Assembly: GCA_040954595.2 (NCBI GenBank)
Contig: CM082583.2
Span: 218,542-282,541 of the forward strand
DNA length: 64,000 nucleotides
Direction: 5' to 3'
DNA from: Balanoglossus misakiensis
Lineage: Eukaryota; Animalia; Hemichordata
In this document: one piece after another, positions 1-13,053 of the stretch
How positions within the stretch are numbered: the stretch's first letter is position 1
Layout of the letters: the number at the start of each line of letters is the position of its first letter
The notes under the pieces: generated by a model
What the model saw: only the letters and a program-made list of their open reading frames with translations
Told to the model about the DNA's origin: nothing
Database searches by the model: none
Program-made: the position numbers and the translations under genes

Positions 1-24
1 CCCAAATTTTAAGTGCTGGCTCAC

Positions 25-257
25 CCTCTATATTAGTGTAGTATCCATCTTCACACACCTCTGGCTCCGACATACCATCATATTGGCACTTATACCCAGG
101 GCAGGACAAGGCGTACAGTCTATACTTCCATTGTTGGCAAAATATCCCTGTCCGCATTGTGTTGGTGATGAGAGGCTGGCTGTTCCACACATGAAACCCT
201 TGGACACAGCGTGCATGCTTCAGAACATGCTGAACTGTAACTTCCAACTGCGCAGTC
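25..257 (-). pseudogene. GCC2/GCC3 (ephrin-receptor-like Cys-rich) exon, frameshifted
   Basis: ctacag acceptor, gtgag donor. DCAVGSYSS..CTLCP/KGFMCGTASLSSPTQCGQGYFANNGSIDCTPCPA/GYKCQYDGMSEPEVCEDGYYT requires two frame changes. 233 bp. Confidence 0.85.
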
Positions 258-323
258 CTGTAGGAGTAAAGACGTCAAATATTAGGGAGGTTTAGGAGCC
301 CTCTAGCCAGCAAACTTCATCAA

Positions 324-752
324 GGATGTACGCGCAGAACATAAACTGGAAACACTGCGCGCCCGGTCTTTTTCCCGAAGGATTACATTGATAATCAGGG
401 ATTATCAATGAATAATAGAAAACAAACTTCTACTATTGTCATTTTCACGAAATTTTACACATAGCTCAGTCCAGAAAATATAAATTCATTGGTCAAATAA
501 AATATAGGGGTCACCGCGCTCTTTTTTGAGATAAATTGCGTTAAGAATTTTGCCCATAGACAAACCATTGGTGAAAAATGCTGAGTCAGCAGATTTCTTC
601 TATTATCGACCAAATTCATGGCTCTGTATTTCAAAGACAAGCCCGGTGACCCTAAATTTTATTACGGATTTTCATTATACATACAAAGGAGAATAAAAAA
701 ATCCACAATTAAAAAAAATGACAATACTTTCAATTTTACTGAACGTACATCC
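324..752. mobile_element. Non-autonomous TTAA-type DNA transposon (Kolobok-like MITE)
   Basis: TIR ggatgtacg...cgtacatcc flanked by tcaa/ttaa. Paralogues at 24943-25356 and 48244-49457; independent inverted copy at 63173-63585. Confidence 0.75.
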
Positions 753-1167
753 TTAATGTTACTTATGTAGTGGAGCACCAAAACCAAATTTTCATATCGA
801 TTGTGTATTTTGTGATAAAAGCACCAAACTTGGCTCAGATGCGTGTTAATGTGTACTGAACAAATTCAGATAGCGAGTCACTAAATATCTGTTGAAGAGT
901 TTCCATGGCAACCAATTTTTTTTTCAAAATGGCCGCCAATACAGATAATCACACCTGTTAAACACCAAAATAAATTCAGATTACAATATTTGAAACAAGA
1001 AACTACGGAAAGAATGGTTTGCAATAGAACTATGGTTATTAAACTACAAATGTACTTATAAGGGTAACTAAGGGATCAAAACACAGGTGCAACTTTCAAT
1101 CCCTGGTTCTCGCATTAGTATAGGTGCTCCCCCTAGTCAAACATTATGGCTAGTTGCGATATTTAAC

Positions 1168-2015
1168 TGGAAAGGGCAGTTCACGAAATAAAAACCTGGA
1201 TGACACATAATAAACTTCAACTCAATGGTGGCAAAACCGAGGTACTCCTGATAAGGTCTCAGTTCAACCGCTCGCCTCGTCCCATAAACCACATGAGCAT
1301 TGGATCATGTTGTGTTCAAATAGTGAATTCTGCACGGAATATAGGTGTGACATTCGACGACAATTACACTTTCAATAAGCACATTAATGCAATTTACAAG
1401 TCAATTTTCTTCCATCTGCGTCAAATCAGCCACATTCGCCGTTACCTCACTAAGGAAGTTTGCCAGATGCTGGTTCATGCTCTAATCACACTACTGTAAT
1501 GCACTACTCTGTGGTTTACCATCATCATGCATGCTACAGCATGCCCTGAATTCTGCAGCCATGATCGTTTCTCGTACCCGTAAAAGGGATCATATTACTC
1601 CTGTTCTCATGGATTTACATTGGTTGCCTGTACACTATAGAATCCAATACAAGATCTTGCTTATGACATATAAGGCATTAAACAACACAGCACCAGCTTA
1701 CATCTCTGACTTAATCCATCTGAAAACTTCAACAAGACTTCTTCGTTCAAATGACAAATTTCTACTTCATGTACCATGGAGTAAGAAGAAAATGTACGTC
1801 GATCGTGCTTTTTCGTATATCGCCCCACTCATTTGGAACAGTGTCCCAATAGAAGTATGCCAGTCACCTAGCCTTGACAGTTTCAAGAAACACATCAAGA
1901 CTTATCTGTTTAACAGAGCGTATTAACAGTAACTTTACATTGTAAAGCGCTATTGAACACTATTACAGTGGAGTTTGGTGCTCTATAAGTCTTTTTGATT
2001 GATTGATTGATTGAT
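1168..2015 (+). mobile_element. L2/CR1-group LINE 3' remnant (RT C-terminal part)
   Basis: KLQLNGGKTEVL, RNIGVTFD, LHWLPVHYRIQYKILL, RAFSYIAPLIWN motifs; (gatt)n tail. Confidence 0.9.
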
Positions 2016-3480
2016 GAACAGTTTACCACCTTAGCTAAACACATAAACAGATCACCAATACGTCCGAATAGCGCGTGTATGAGGGCTTGGTTAACTTGTG
2101 ACCTGTTTGGTCGGGCATTGATTCTTGTCGGCAAAAACTGCCATAGGAAATTATAAACTTAAGTCAAATTGCTGAAACAATAAATAATAGTCCATGTGTC
2201 TTGATACTTCAGATCATGCATCGGTTCGACTCTGTCTGTAGTCGGTTACCCAAATTTATTGGGAAGTTCGGCCTTTTACACATTAATACGTGTGGTTTTC
2301 GATCATATCCTACCGGTCTTATTGGTTGACATTAATTTGGCAGTGTGCTATAAGCATATTACATCCTACATCAAACCAAAATAAAGCTTGTGATACTTTG
2401 ACCATCAGTTTTTGTTTACTTTTAGTCGCTAGTGAAATTCAAGCTCAGTAATAACTTTACAACTAACTTATTAGGGGCCCAAGCCCCTATGGGCGGGGCC
2501 CCTATTGTTATTACTGGGGTTTTTAGGGGCCCAAGCCCCTATGGGCGGGGCCCCTATTGGTATTGCTGGCATTTTTCTTCTTCTTTGGCACTTTCATCGG
2601 ACACTAGGATCTTGAAAACGGCTAAACCTACAATTCTCAAATTTGGCACAATAATGCAGGCCAATGAGATCTGGTGCAGTACGTCCGTGAATGTTAAATT
2701 AGTCAAGTGACCTGATGACCATATAAGGGATGGTGATCTTTGATCTTAATAATATTGATGATGCCCGAGCCGCAGGGAAGGGCATCATCAATATGTTTCG
2801 ATGTGTGACGTTACCAGCACATTCCAGAAGACAGCATGGCATGGTCTGTACAAGTTGAGTGAAATACTTAGAAAGATATCGCAGTGACCGATCTGCCTGG
2901 GCTGCATTCATGTTTTTCTCTTGAAATCATGGACAGTGTTATACACCTCTGTATCAATGCTGTTTTAGTGACTTTTTCACACCCGTTCTTTTTGTTTTGA
3001 GTGAATAGGATAGTCAACTAACTACTGCTGGACAATGGGTGTGAGTTTCATGGCTCTCACATGATGGGGTAATCTGGGGTAACATTTTGAAAATACCATG
3101 TCATTTTCAGAACGCAGTTATGGTGTATGTACATGTGAACAGTGATACATGTACATGTGTAGGTCGGAAATTTAGATCGGGTATACACGTCTGCATCTAA
3201 CACTCAAACTGCAATATTGCCAAACGTGTGTATTATACACGATATACTACATGTAGTAATTGTATTAGATTTAGTCTGCATTGGTCAATATAATATACGG
3301 AAACTAAATATGTCGATCGGATTTGATCTATCACAGGTCCAGCTGTGGTTGCACAGAACACGTCTCCATTTATGGTGTGAACAGGGACTGCTGTACGCAT
3401 GTGCACATCTGAGTTCACAAGGTTACACGTACTGCGGTTGCGCAGAACACGTCTCCATTTATGGAGTGAACAGGGACTGA

Positions 3481-4440
3481 CCAAGGGGCCGAAATGAGAA
3501 GCCAAATTTCGGGTGACTCCTTGACCTTTGACCCACCTTGAAAAACACATATCTACTTCTACGCTAACTAATACACCTAGGGAGCTGATTTTTGGTGGAC
3601 AGGTACAACTATTGGACCAAATCATTTCGCCGCAATGTCACGTGACCTCGGTGACCTTTGAACTATATATAACATAAATGCTCATAAGTACGTAACTATT
3701 AGACCGACAGACTTCATATTTGGTGGGATGAAGCATACACATGTACTTGTTACCCCTTGACCTTTGACCTAATTAATTATGTGCATACCTAATTCTAGGC
3801 TTACTAATAGGCTAGAGGTTTTGTTTCTGTTGGACATGGACAAGTGTGGCGTCCAATTTTTTCCATAAAATATTGGGTGACCTCAGGTGATCTACTTTCT
3901 CATATCTCAGCCTCCAGAGCAGGTACAGCCTTAGCATTTCGAGGGATGGGACTAAAATGAAAAGCCGAATTTTGAGGTCACCTGTACAACTGCTTAACTC
4001 ATTAATTATGTGTATACCTAATTCCAGGCGAACCAATAGGGCTGAAGGTTTGGTTTCTGATGGACCTGGACCAGTATGGGGTCAAAAATTTTTGCCCAAA
4101 TTTCGGGTAACCTCAGATGACCATTTTGGCTTGCAGCTATATTTTAACCCTAATACTACTAGGTGTCATACCTGTTTAGAGTGTCAAGTCCCTTAAAATA
4201 TGTGTTTGCCATTTTTTCTTCCTAAACGTATTTTGACTGTCTTGCCATGGCTCTCATATACACACTTGGCAGTCTAAGCCCCCTTAAATGTACTAAATCG
4301 TATTGGTTTGCCTGGTTTGGTTTGAGGGTCTTGTATAGGCCCTACTGCGTAACACACCCTTGGCAGCCTAACAGGCCTGGGAGCCAGGATTCTAGGCACC
4401 CTGGATATCAAACTGACTTGGCAGCGTTATAGGGTTAAAA
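3481..4440 (-). mobile_element. Degenerate HINE/tandem-repeat-containing non-autonomous element
   Basis: About 1.5 copies of a ~240-bp repeat that is the reverse complement of the repeat in 38823-40099. Paralogues at ~28703-29670 and ~56341-57300. Confidence 0.55.
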
Positions 4441-4459
4441 CTATGTATAATCACATACT

Positions 4460-5700
4460 AGATGTTTGAAAAATGGCAATGTCTTCTCTAAAGGTTATCC
4501 ATCCAAAGGGATCTGACAAGGGTGTCCCCCTTCATTTTTTGTTTGTCATAGCAATTTTCGCGACTATTATATTAGATTTAGAGTTGACTATCTGATCTAG
4601 ACAAACTAGCAGCGTGGGCCAACAAATGGAAAATGTCTTTTCATCCACACAAATGCTCTGTTCTGTCAGTAACAAGGAAACGTTCAATAATAATTAACCA
4701 GTACAGTTTAAACGGGAAGATAATCAAACACAGCTCATCCGAAAAGTATCTAGGGTGCACACTGACAGCTGATCTTGATTGGCACCAACATATTACTTTA
4801 ATATGCAACAAAGCAAACAAAACACTTGGTTTCCTCCGTAGAAATCTCAACATAGGATCAACATCGGTGAAAGAGAAGGCATACACAACACTTGTAAGAC
4901 CACTAGTTGAATACGCCTCCACTGTTTGGGACCCATATGAACAGACCGACATAGCTTTGTTAGAAAAAACACAAAGACGCGCTGCACGCTACGTGACTGG
5001 CAGATTTCCAAATCGCTCTAGTGTTGACAACATGATAAATACCTTACATTGGACATCATTAGAACAACGTAGAAAAGAAGCCAGACTATCGATGCCATAT
5101 AAAATTTCAACAGGAACTGTTGCCATGAACAATCTTCAGCATCTCCAACCCCCGCTAAGACTCACTAGACACATGCATATAGTAAAAGTTATAAAATTCC
5201 CAAATTCAAAACAGACTACAGAAAATATTCCTTCTTTCCAAGAACAATCCAAGACTGGAATAGTATACCACCAGACATCATATCTGCAGGGTCACATGAA
5301 TCCTTCAAATCTTCTTTGGCACTATACTTCACCAAACCAGAAAACTGACATTTTTGATGTCCTGTACTAGGGTGCACTCACTGGCAAAGCCTTCAATATG
5401 TTGAAGTTGGCCAGTAAGGTAGATAGATAGATAGACTAAAAGATAAATGGTGTCTACGATTCCAAACACATAAAAATTACACCAGTTGTGGACGACACAA
5501 CATTATTTTATTTGATGAGAGTAGAGTTCATCATGCCATTAATATTGTCAAAAAATGTGTTAGTTTTAGAAACCCAACTAAATACACGAAAAGTTGGGCT
5601 TTAGATTGGTTAACTGAAAATCAGGCCAATTGCAATTTTTCGGGTTTAAGTGGCCCGATGCTCCCAACAAGTCACTTGGAATGTACTTTCATTCTAATAA
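4460..5700 (+). mobile_element. Old L1/Tx1-like RT remnant, interrupted by a CR1-like insertion
   Basis: KGI*QGCPLSALHFLFVIA (intact in copy B ~29735), KITPVVDDTTLF and GFKWPDAPNKSLGMYF match L1-group RT motifs. Confidence 0.65.
4591..5433 (+). mobile_element. 5'-truncated CR1-group LINE
   Basis: FHPHKCSVL, EKYLGCTL, KANKTLGFLRRNL, LVRPLVEYASTVWDPY, QRRAARYV motifs. (agat)n tail, TSD gacta, empty site in copy B at ~29823. Confidence 0.92.
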
Positions 5701-5720
5701 TTTATTAGCATGGAGTAATC

Positions 5721-6480
5721 TTACTTTTTACCATAAGGGTGGAACCATGATTCATTCTCAAGAGGGGTCTTGTACCAATACTCATAATGGTCTTCGATAC
5801 CGGCAGGCATGTATAGCCTATGGCTACGCCCAGCATGAGGTGGTGATTCATACTGTTGGTTGTATGGACTAGCTGGGTTCGGTGTGGGCCTCATTGAATA
5901 TGGGGGTGCAGGTGGCGTAAAATATCTGGTAAACCCTTCCAGTTCATATTGATGGAACGTCCCTCCAAACTCTCCAGGATAATGGTTCTGATCGCATCCC
6001 CTCTGTACTGCACGTGGCAAAAGTGTCGAAATTGTCCCTATCCCATGCCTCCCCATAACTGAAAACATCCTGTCCCCAAGGCCCTCCTTCACCCAGACTT
6101 GGATCATACCTTGATCGGAAAGTGTTTCTGGGCATGGGTTCAAGGGCATCATTTTCCCAACACCAATAAGAAAGTGTGGGTTGAATCCCCTCCTTCCCAC
6201 GAATGCTATGTGATCTGTTGTTGTCATATTCGCCTGCCCTAGGACAAGGAGGGCAACTTCTTTTGGCATTTACCCCCATAGCTCCTATTGTTACTACTCA
6301 TAAAACTGTCTGATGAATAGTCAGTACGGGGGAATTTTCCGTTTTTGTGTCATACACAACTTTCTTGTGAAACTCTGGTGTCAACCTAAGGTGGGGCATG
6401 TCCCGGGGGCACATCTTTCAACATGCCAGGTGTAACCTTACCAAATTTGTTTCTAAGGGCTACCTTTTCCCTTACCCCTG
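5721..6480 (-). pseudogene. Unidentified decayed coding segment, Pro/Gly/Tyr-rich
   Basis: More GC-rich block with overlapping long ORFs (5721-6269, 5944-6279) that read as one frameshifted protein. Paralogue at 59567-60325; mostly deleted in copy B. Confidence 0.45.
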
Positions 6481-6984
6481 GTTAGTTCTCAGAGTCCTAG
6501 TGTCACATGTACTGATATACACTTTGTGATTGGAGGTCATCCTGATCGAATCGAAGGTGGCTCGCCAATCAACTCAAGAATTGAAGGGACTAAGTCTCTC
6601 TCTCGCTACCATTTTCCCATTAATTATGTTTGTTATCACATGAACTGGCCCGTATAGCCACGTGTGTGACATAGAACATGGGATTTAATGCTTAATTACT
6701 TCCGGTATTGCTATTTTCATGTATAAACAAAAAATCAAATGGCTCCATCAATAGAAATTATATTCCGTGGTCAGATAAAATCATATGGTCACCATGTTTA
6801 ATTTCATTGAATGGCTCAGCTCATAGAACAGCCTCATAATTCATAAACTAGAACAGCGACACAAATTTCCATGCAGATCTTGATTACACTTGTAGAGAAA
6901 AACAAAAAAATCTACATATTGAAAGAAATGGTGATACTTTGAACTGTATAAATTGATAACCCAAGACAATAAATCAAAACTTAC

Positions 6985-7108
6985 TTTGTTCACAAAGGTC
7001 ACCAGTGAAAACAATTCTGACAGAAACATGTGTACAGTTCACATGATCCAGATGTCCTCTGGCAGAAACCACTGTTCAAGCACGGATTGGGACCGCATTG
7101 GTTGATTC
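6985..7108 (-). pseudogene. 8-Cys EGF exon E15 (frameshift)
   Basis: ag/GINQCGPNPCLNSGFCQRTSGSCELYTCFCQNCF[+1]TGDLCEQ/gtaagt; 124 bp. Confidence 0.88.
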
Positions 7109-7309
7109 CTGGTTTTCAATACACAAGAAAGCTGGGACGATGAGCAATGGGGCAGAGACTGATCATCAAAAATTTGAGACAGGGAATTCCAACAAATGAG
7201 ATCATTAAGTTAAATATGCAAAGCAAATCAGAAAAGAGAATCAGAAGATTTTCTCCGAAGGACACCTTGCAAATTCATGATTGGAAAGACACTGCAGTCA
7301 CATGTATAT

Positions 7310-8480
7310 TGTAGTGTCCAAACACTAGTGAGCATCTATACTTTATATATTCTGTAAAATGACGTAATGCAACATTCGGGTCATTATGAATAAAGTGCGT
7401 GAACGAGGCTAGGCACTCTCACTCTTACATGCCGGACTTGGTGTCTCGTGTTGTCATTATTGCCCACCAACGATTCTATATTTGGCGACGAGGACGGAGA
7501 ACATGGAGAATCAGCTAGCCGTCAATGTCGAGTTTTCCTGTTCATTCAGACCCGACAACCACCAGTACGAGATGGAAAAAGTACATGGCTAGAGTAGAAA
7601 ACGCATTTGTCGCATTCAACATTACAGATGACAAGCGACAACGTGCACTGCTATTGCACTGGGCAGGTGAGGAAGTTTCCGACTTCTTTGATACTCTACC
7701 AGATACAGGAACGAGCTGTGAAACAGCCAAATTAAAGCTTGCGTCGTACTTCTCACCCAAACGGAACATTGAATACGAACGATTCATCTTCAGAGACACC
7801 ATACAAAACAACGACGAATCGATTGATGCCTATCACACTTGTTTGCAACGCCTAGCAGAAACATATGTGACTTCACCAATAAGGATCAAGAGGTCAAATC
7901 ACAAATCATACGAGGATTCACATCAGCCCGTCTCAGACGTCGTGCTCTTTGGGAGGAGACGACACTAGAGAATCTACTGAGTACAGCCCGTTCATTTGAG
8001 GTATCAGAGGTTCAGGCTAGTGGGATTGAGGAGAAACCCCATAATAATGGTGCATCTGTGAATGCGGTCAGAAAACAGCGCCATCAACGCCCGAAACCCA
8101 ATAAACAAAAGAGAGCTCATCAGCAGCCAGCGAAAGGACCGTCCACTTGTTATTATTGTGGTGGCACCTATCCACATGACTCAGTATGTCCAGCTAAAGG
8201 CAAGTCATGCAGGAAGTGTGGCAAACCTAACCATTTTGCCAAATGCTACCGATCAAAAGGCAAGGCAAATAGGGTAGACAAGGATGAAACTGTCAAAGCT
8301 GTGCATAAAGTGGAAGACAGCTCGGGAGATGAATACTGCTTCACTGTACAACAATCAAATGGTAGGAGGCCTCGAGTAACAGTGCAGATAGAAGAAACAG
8401 CAGTTGCCTCACTGATCGACCCTGGTTCTACAATAAACATGATGAGTGTAAACACATACAACAACCTAAAGAACAAACCC
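7310..8480 (+). mobile_element. Truncated Gypsy LTR retrotransposon (5' LTR, gag, start of protease)
   Basis: LTR-like tgtagtg.. 7310-7480; PBS tggcgacgagg at 7483; gag RWKKY..ALLLHWAGE; CCHC knuckles; decayed protease LIDPGS. Confidence 0.88.
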
Positions 8481-8987
8481 ATGTGGCAAACAGAAAGCCC
8501 GTTTTACCACTGCCAGCAGTGCATTATTGAGTATTTTAGCATCGCTGGATTTAGCTCTCGTCCAATCAGAATTGCGGACGGTAGCATGATATAATATAAT
8601 TGAGAATAAATCTCACGACAAGTGTACAGTTTGACAATGTACACAGATAATCCGTTTCAACAATGTTTCCTTTGTAGTGTGAATAAAACTGCACACTTTG
8701 CAAGTTTTCAACTTCAAAACACTATGGCTATTGCAGAGACAAAGCTGCTAATATACAGTGTATACCCGTCATTTTTGTTTGTGGTGAGATTTTCATTGGC
8801 ACAGTTGCACAGAGCTCACACAAGAGGAAATTACACTTTCTGTTGAATTCACTGCATCCTGCTAACTTTAAGTCATATATCCAGTGAAACATTAAGTTAT
8901 AGAATTTTCCATCGCAGTATTCTGTTTTATATACATGTATAGCAGTCCCACACATATTGATTAATTTGACAAAAGAAACTGACTGAC

Positions 8988-9103
8988 AATTTTCACAGCG
9001 CTCCCAGTATAGCATCCTTGGCAGGTGCACGTCAATGCCACACACGAGGTTAGGGTTGGCAAGTGCTGCCATTTTGACATGGGTTGTTAGCACTGATCAA
9101 TTC
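8988..9103 (-). pseudogene. 8-Cys EGF exon E14 (multiple frameshifts)
   Basis: ag/GIDQC..NNPCQNGSTCQP..SCVALTCTCQGCYTG..RCEN/gt across frames. Confidence 0.78.
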
Positions 9104-10607
9104 CTACGCATGACAGAAAAATGAAGAATTAGGCTATGGGCCGGACCTGCCTATCGTTTCAAAATGCACTCTGTATATTAGGGTCTATTTCTTTTACATA
9201 AAAAACAAGTCTTCTAGCTCTAATATGATAAAAGAAAAACTTCAACTTAAATATTGCGTCCTCAGAGGTAATATCGAGCCCTAAAAATCAGGTATGCTAA
9301 TGCGGTTAAAGGTTGTGCAGTTCTCCTTATAACAAGCGTTCGATTGGTGGGTACGTGACTGCACCAATCACAGAATGCGTTATGTCACTCAGAATGTTTG
9401 GTAAGGAAAGTTTGAGCAGACTAGTCCATTCAATGTAAAAAATGGTGCTGATTCCAAAAAAGTCAGCCATTTTTGCCACTTTTAACCCAAAAGGTCATTT
9501 AAAAAAACACTCAAAACACACTGTTTTCATCACATTCGGAGATCTGATGACATTTGAGGATTATGCGGAAACAGTGACACACCAGAATAAAAATTACAGG
9601 TGACATTTGCAAGCACATGATCTGACCATATAGAAATATGGAATGTAAAAACATTAACAGGGAACATGCCCAATAAACTGTCATGTGTCTTGGCAGTCTT
9701 ACAAGTGGTGCTAGAAAAAAAAAATTGACCAAAAATTGTCTGTACAAACACATATGCGAAGCAACTTCTTTCAGTCAGCCCTGGAACAGACACACACTGA
9801 CCTGCCACTGGTAATTAAAATTTGATAGCTGGTGGTCTCTGTAACAGCTAGCCTATTTAAGTTATGTAAACATGTCTTTGTTCGAGGTAACAAGTCCTTG
9901 TAAATAGTAACTTTAAAAACAACTGGACAATTTGTTTAGGAGAAGATTTGCTAACCAAAAACAAAGAAACTTACCAAAAAAACTCGCTAAATATTTAATC
10001 TTTCTGATCTCAGAATTGAATAAAAGTTGCACATATACAGGTATGTGTTATGAAATTATATCCTAAATTTCAAAGCAATCAGAGAAAAAACTAATTTCAA
10101 AGCAATCCAACAAGCAGTTTCACAGAAAATATTTGTTCAAAAGTGGCAAAAACACAAATATGCAAATATCACCAAAATTGTACAATATCTTACTTCAATC
10201 ACTACAAGGAACATGCTGCCTAAGTTCAATGCAATAGGACAAGCGGTTTCAGAGAAAACAATTTTTGACAAAAATTGCAAAAGCTTCCCCGATAACACAT
10301 TTATGCAAATATCACATTTTTTACAACATATTATTTAGGTTACCCCTACGAACATGCCTACCAAATTGCAAAGCAATCTGGCATGAGGTTTTAAAGAAAA
10401 ACATTTTTTGACCAAAAATGGCAAATATTGCTCAAAATTATAGATATGCAAATTTTGCAACAATTTGAACAAAACTATGGTTACTTAGACAACATTAGGA
10501 GGCTTCATACTAAATTTCAAAGACTTTTACCAATAACAAAAATAGTGATAACATTAAGCTAGCCCAAAGTTTGAGTTACCAGGGCTTTAATATGTGTACC
10601 GTACTTA

Positions 10608-11293
10608 TATTTAAGCAATAAAACACCCCCAGCCATGGTATACCACGAGATTTTGACCAGTTCACGACATATACGCACGAGCGATAGCGAGTGCGTATAT
10701 GGAGTTGAACTGGTCAAAATCGAGTGGTATACCATGGCTGGGGGTGTTTTATTGCTATTATATTATGCCAGTATATTGAAACTTTGCATAAAACATTTTA
10801 AAAAGGCATTTTCGTTGACTATGATATATGACTGTGGTATATGGCTAATATATCACGGTCACGTGTCGTGTCTCGACCAATCAAATAGCGTGATTTACAC
10901 CATCAATATACTGGTATAATATAATATATATTATATTATACCAGTATATTGATGGTGTAAATCACGCTATTATATATTATATTATACCAGTATATTGATG
11001 GTGTAAATCACGCTATTTGATTGGTCGAGACACGACACGTGACCGTGATATATTAGCCATATACCACAGTCATATATCATAGTTAAAGAAAATGCCTTTT
11101 TAAAATGTTTTATGCAAAGTTTCAATATACTGGCATAATATAATAGCAATAAAACACCCCCAGCCATGGTATACCACTCGATTTTGACCAGTTCAACTCC
11201 ATATACGCACTCGCTATCGCTCGTGCGTATATGTCGTGAACTGGTCAAAATCTCGTGATATACCATGGCTGGGGGTGTTTTATTGCTTAAATA
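10608..11293. repeat. 686-bp near-perfect palindrome made of two inverted copies of a hairpin-containing non-autonomous element (Crypton-like)
   Basis: 10608-~10927 is the reverse complement of ~10975-11293. Each arm has its own internal inverted repeat. Absent from copy B (empty TA-rich site ~35531-35545). Confidence 0.92.
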
Positions 11294-11341
11294 CATAACA
11301 AGTGTTTTGCATTGAATAGTATAATATTGGTTTGTACTTAC

Positions 11342-11461
11342 GCATTGTACATGTGGCACCAGTGAAGCATTCGGTACACATACAGTCAAACAGGAAACAG
11401 CCGTCTCGCGCAACGCAAATGCCACCATTTTGACAAGGCATAGAGTATAACTGATCAATGG
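11342..11461 (-). CDS. 8-Cys EGF exon E9 (open; Cys1 lost)
   Basis: cag/AIDQLYSMPCQNGGICVARDGCFLFDCMCTECFTGATCTM/gtaagt; 120 bp, phase 1-1. Confidence 0.85.
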
Positions 11462-11854
11462 CTGCCAAAACAAAAATGAAAGTATCAATTACCTGCTTGT
11501 CAAAAACTTGTACATGTACTTGTGATGTTCATTTCGTTTAAATATGTGAGCAATGTCTTCATTCCTTGTTTCAAACCTGTACATTTAAAATAACATAATG
11601 ATGCTATTGCTAGGATTTTTCTGTAAGAATCTTGAAAAATTAAAAAATGTGCCATCAACATGATACAGAAGGCTTTCCTTTTTAACGTGCACCTCACACT
11701 CAATTTTGACCCTACATCAGCAAATTTTGAAAGGATGAAACTTAGTAATGCTTCCACCCCATTTATTGGTGTATGGGTCCATCTATCACATTGAGAATAC
11801 CAAAAATGAGGGTTTATATACCACGCTGTGTCATAAAACAGTAATTCGACACAC

Positions 11855-11977
11855 CTACGGCACAGATGGCCCCAGTCCAACACTACTGGCAGTAACAGGT
11901 GTAGTCAGTATAAGAATTTGGTGTTTGGGAACAATAGCCTCCATTTTGACACGGATTCTGATCACATGGGTTAATGA
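11855..11977 (-). pseudogene. 8-Cys EGF exon E8 (TAG stop)
   Basis: VINPCDQNPCQNGGYCSQTPNSYTDYTCYCQ*CWTGAICAV; 123 bp. Confidence 0.85.
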
Positions 11978-12539
11978 CTATCAGAAAAAAAATAGTTTAA
12001 AAAACATGAAATGCAGATGGCTACACCTCAACCAAAGATGATTCCTGCACCACAACAAAATCCTTTGACACAAGCATTATACTGGAACCATACCCAGAAC
12101 ACGCATGAAGGGACACTGTCTCTATTTTGGGTAATACAGTAAAACCTGTCTTTATGGACACCTCTCTAATCAGAACACCTAGTAAGATTGATTTTTCAAG
12201 CCAAATAGTAAGGATAATTAAGGACGTCTCTTTTACTTAATACTCAGATGTGTGCACCACCTTAGGAGAGATTACCTCACATGCACAATTATCTCTACAG
12301 ACACTAGTCTTCAAGAGGCAACTCTTGTATATTTGAGTGATGAAAACATCCAGCTTCGTACACTTCCTCACAAGTTCGTGCCTATCCTAAATTGCACGGA
12401 CATACAAATGAAATTTCTGTTTTCTTTTCCTTTCTTTTCTCTTGTGGAAATTTTAGAAATGAGAAGTTACCACACAATTCAATTGCCATGAAGAGAAAGT
12501 GCCCAAAAGATTGTCATTTACGGTACGTCAGAAACTTAC

Positions 12540-12662
12540 ATATTTCACAACAGTTACCCTCATAGCAACCAGTACAGGCACAGGTATATGCCGTGCAGGA
12601 GTTGGCCACTGCATTACATACAGCCCCGTTGAGACAGCTGTTTCGCTGGCATGGATCTTGGA
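12540..12662 (-). CDS. 8-Cys EGF exon E7 (open)
   Basis: cag/VQDPCQRNSCLNGAVCNAVANSCTAYTCACTGCYEGNCCEI/gtaagt; 123 bp. Confidence 0.88.
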
Positions 12663-13053
12663 CTGCAATAAAAAGTGCAACCTAATGTTATCTCAGCAAT
12701 ATTTACTTTCAAAATCTGTTTGATAAAAACATCATCATTACCATTACTGTAAATACTGAACGGAACTTCACTTCTAAAAACAACTTGCTCATTCTGGGAC
12801 GCACTTGTGGGGCTATGAAAATCTCTGTATATGTATCTTGTGTAGGGAAAATTTTCATGAACGATCAACATTTTTTTCTTCAAATAAACATGTTTTCTTT
12901 CAGCTGTACATCATTTTTGAGGTGACCGATTCCCAAGGCCCAAGGTGTGATGCTGAAGATGAAAATATAAAGTATGACCAACAGACAATGTATTGAGACA
13001 TGATTGTAAATGTTAGTTCCTGCATGACAAATGTTTGTTTTAATGAGTTTTAC

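Noticed and set aside
9735-9810. Additional EGF exon (GQCVSVPG..SCFAYV), and another near 6630-6690
   Set aside because: Too fragmentary, and boundaries cannot be fixed. Probably remnants, so not listed as features.
10635-11488. Identical ORFs on both strands (MVYHEILTSSRHIR...)
   Set aside because: A by-product of the palindrome; no coding signature.
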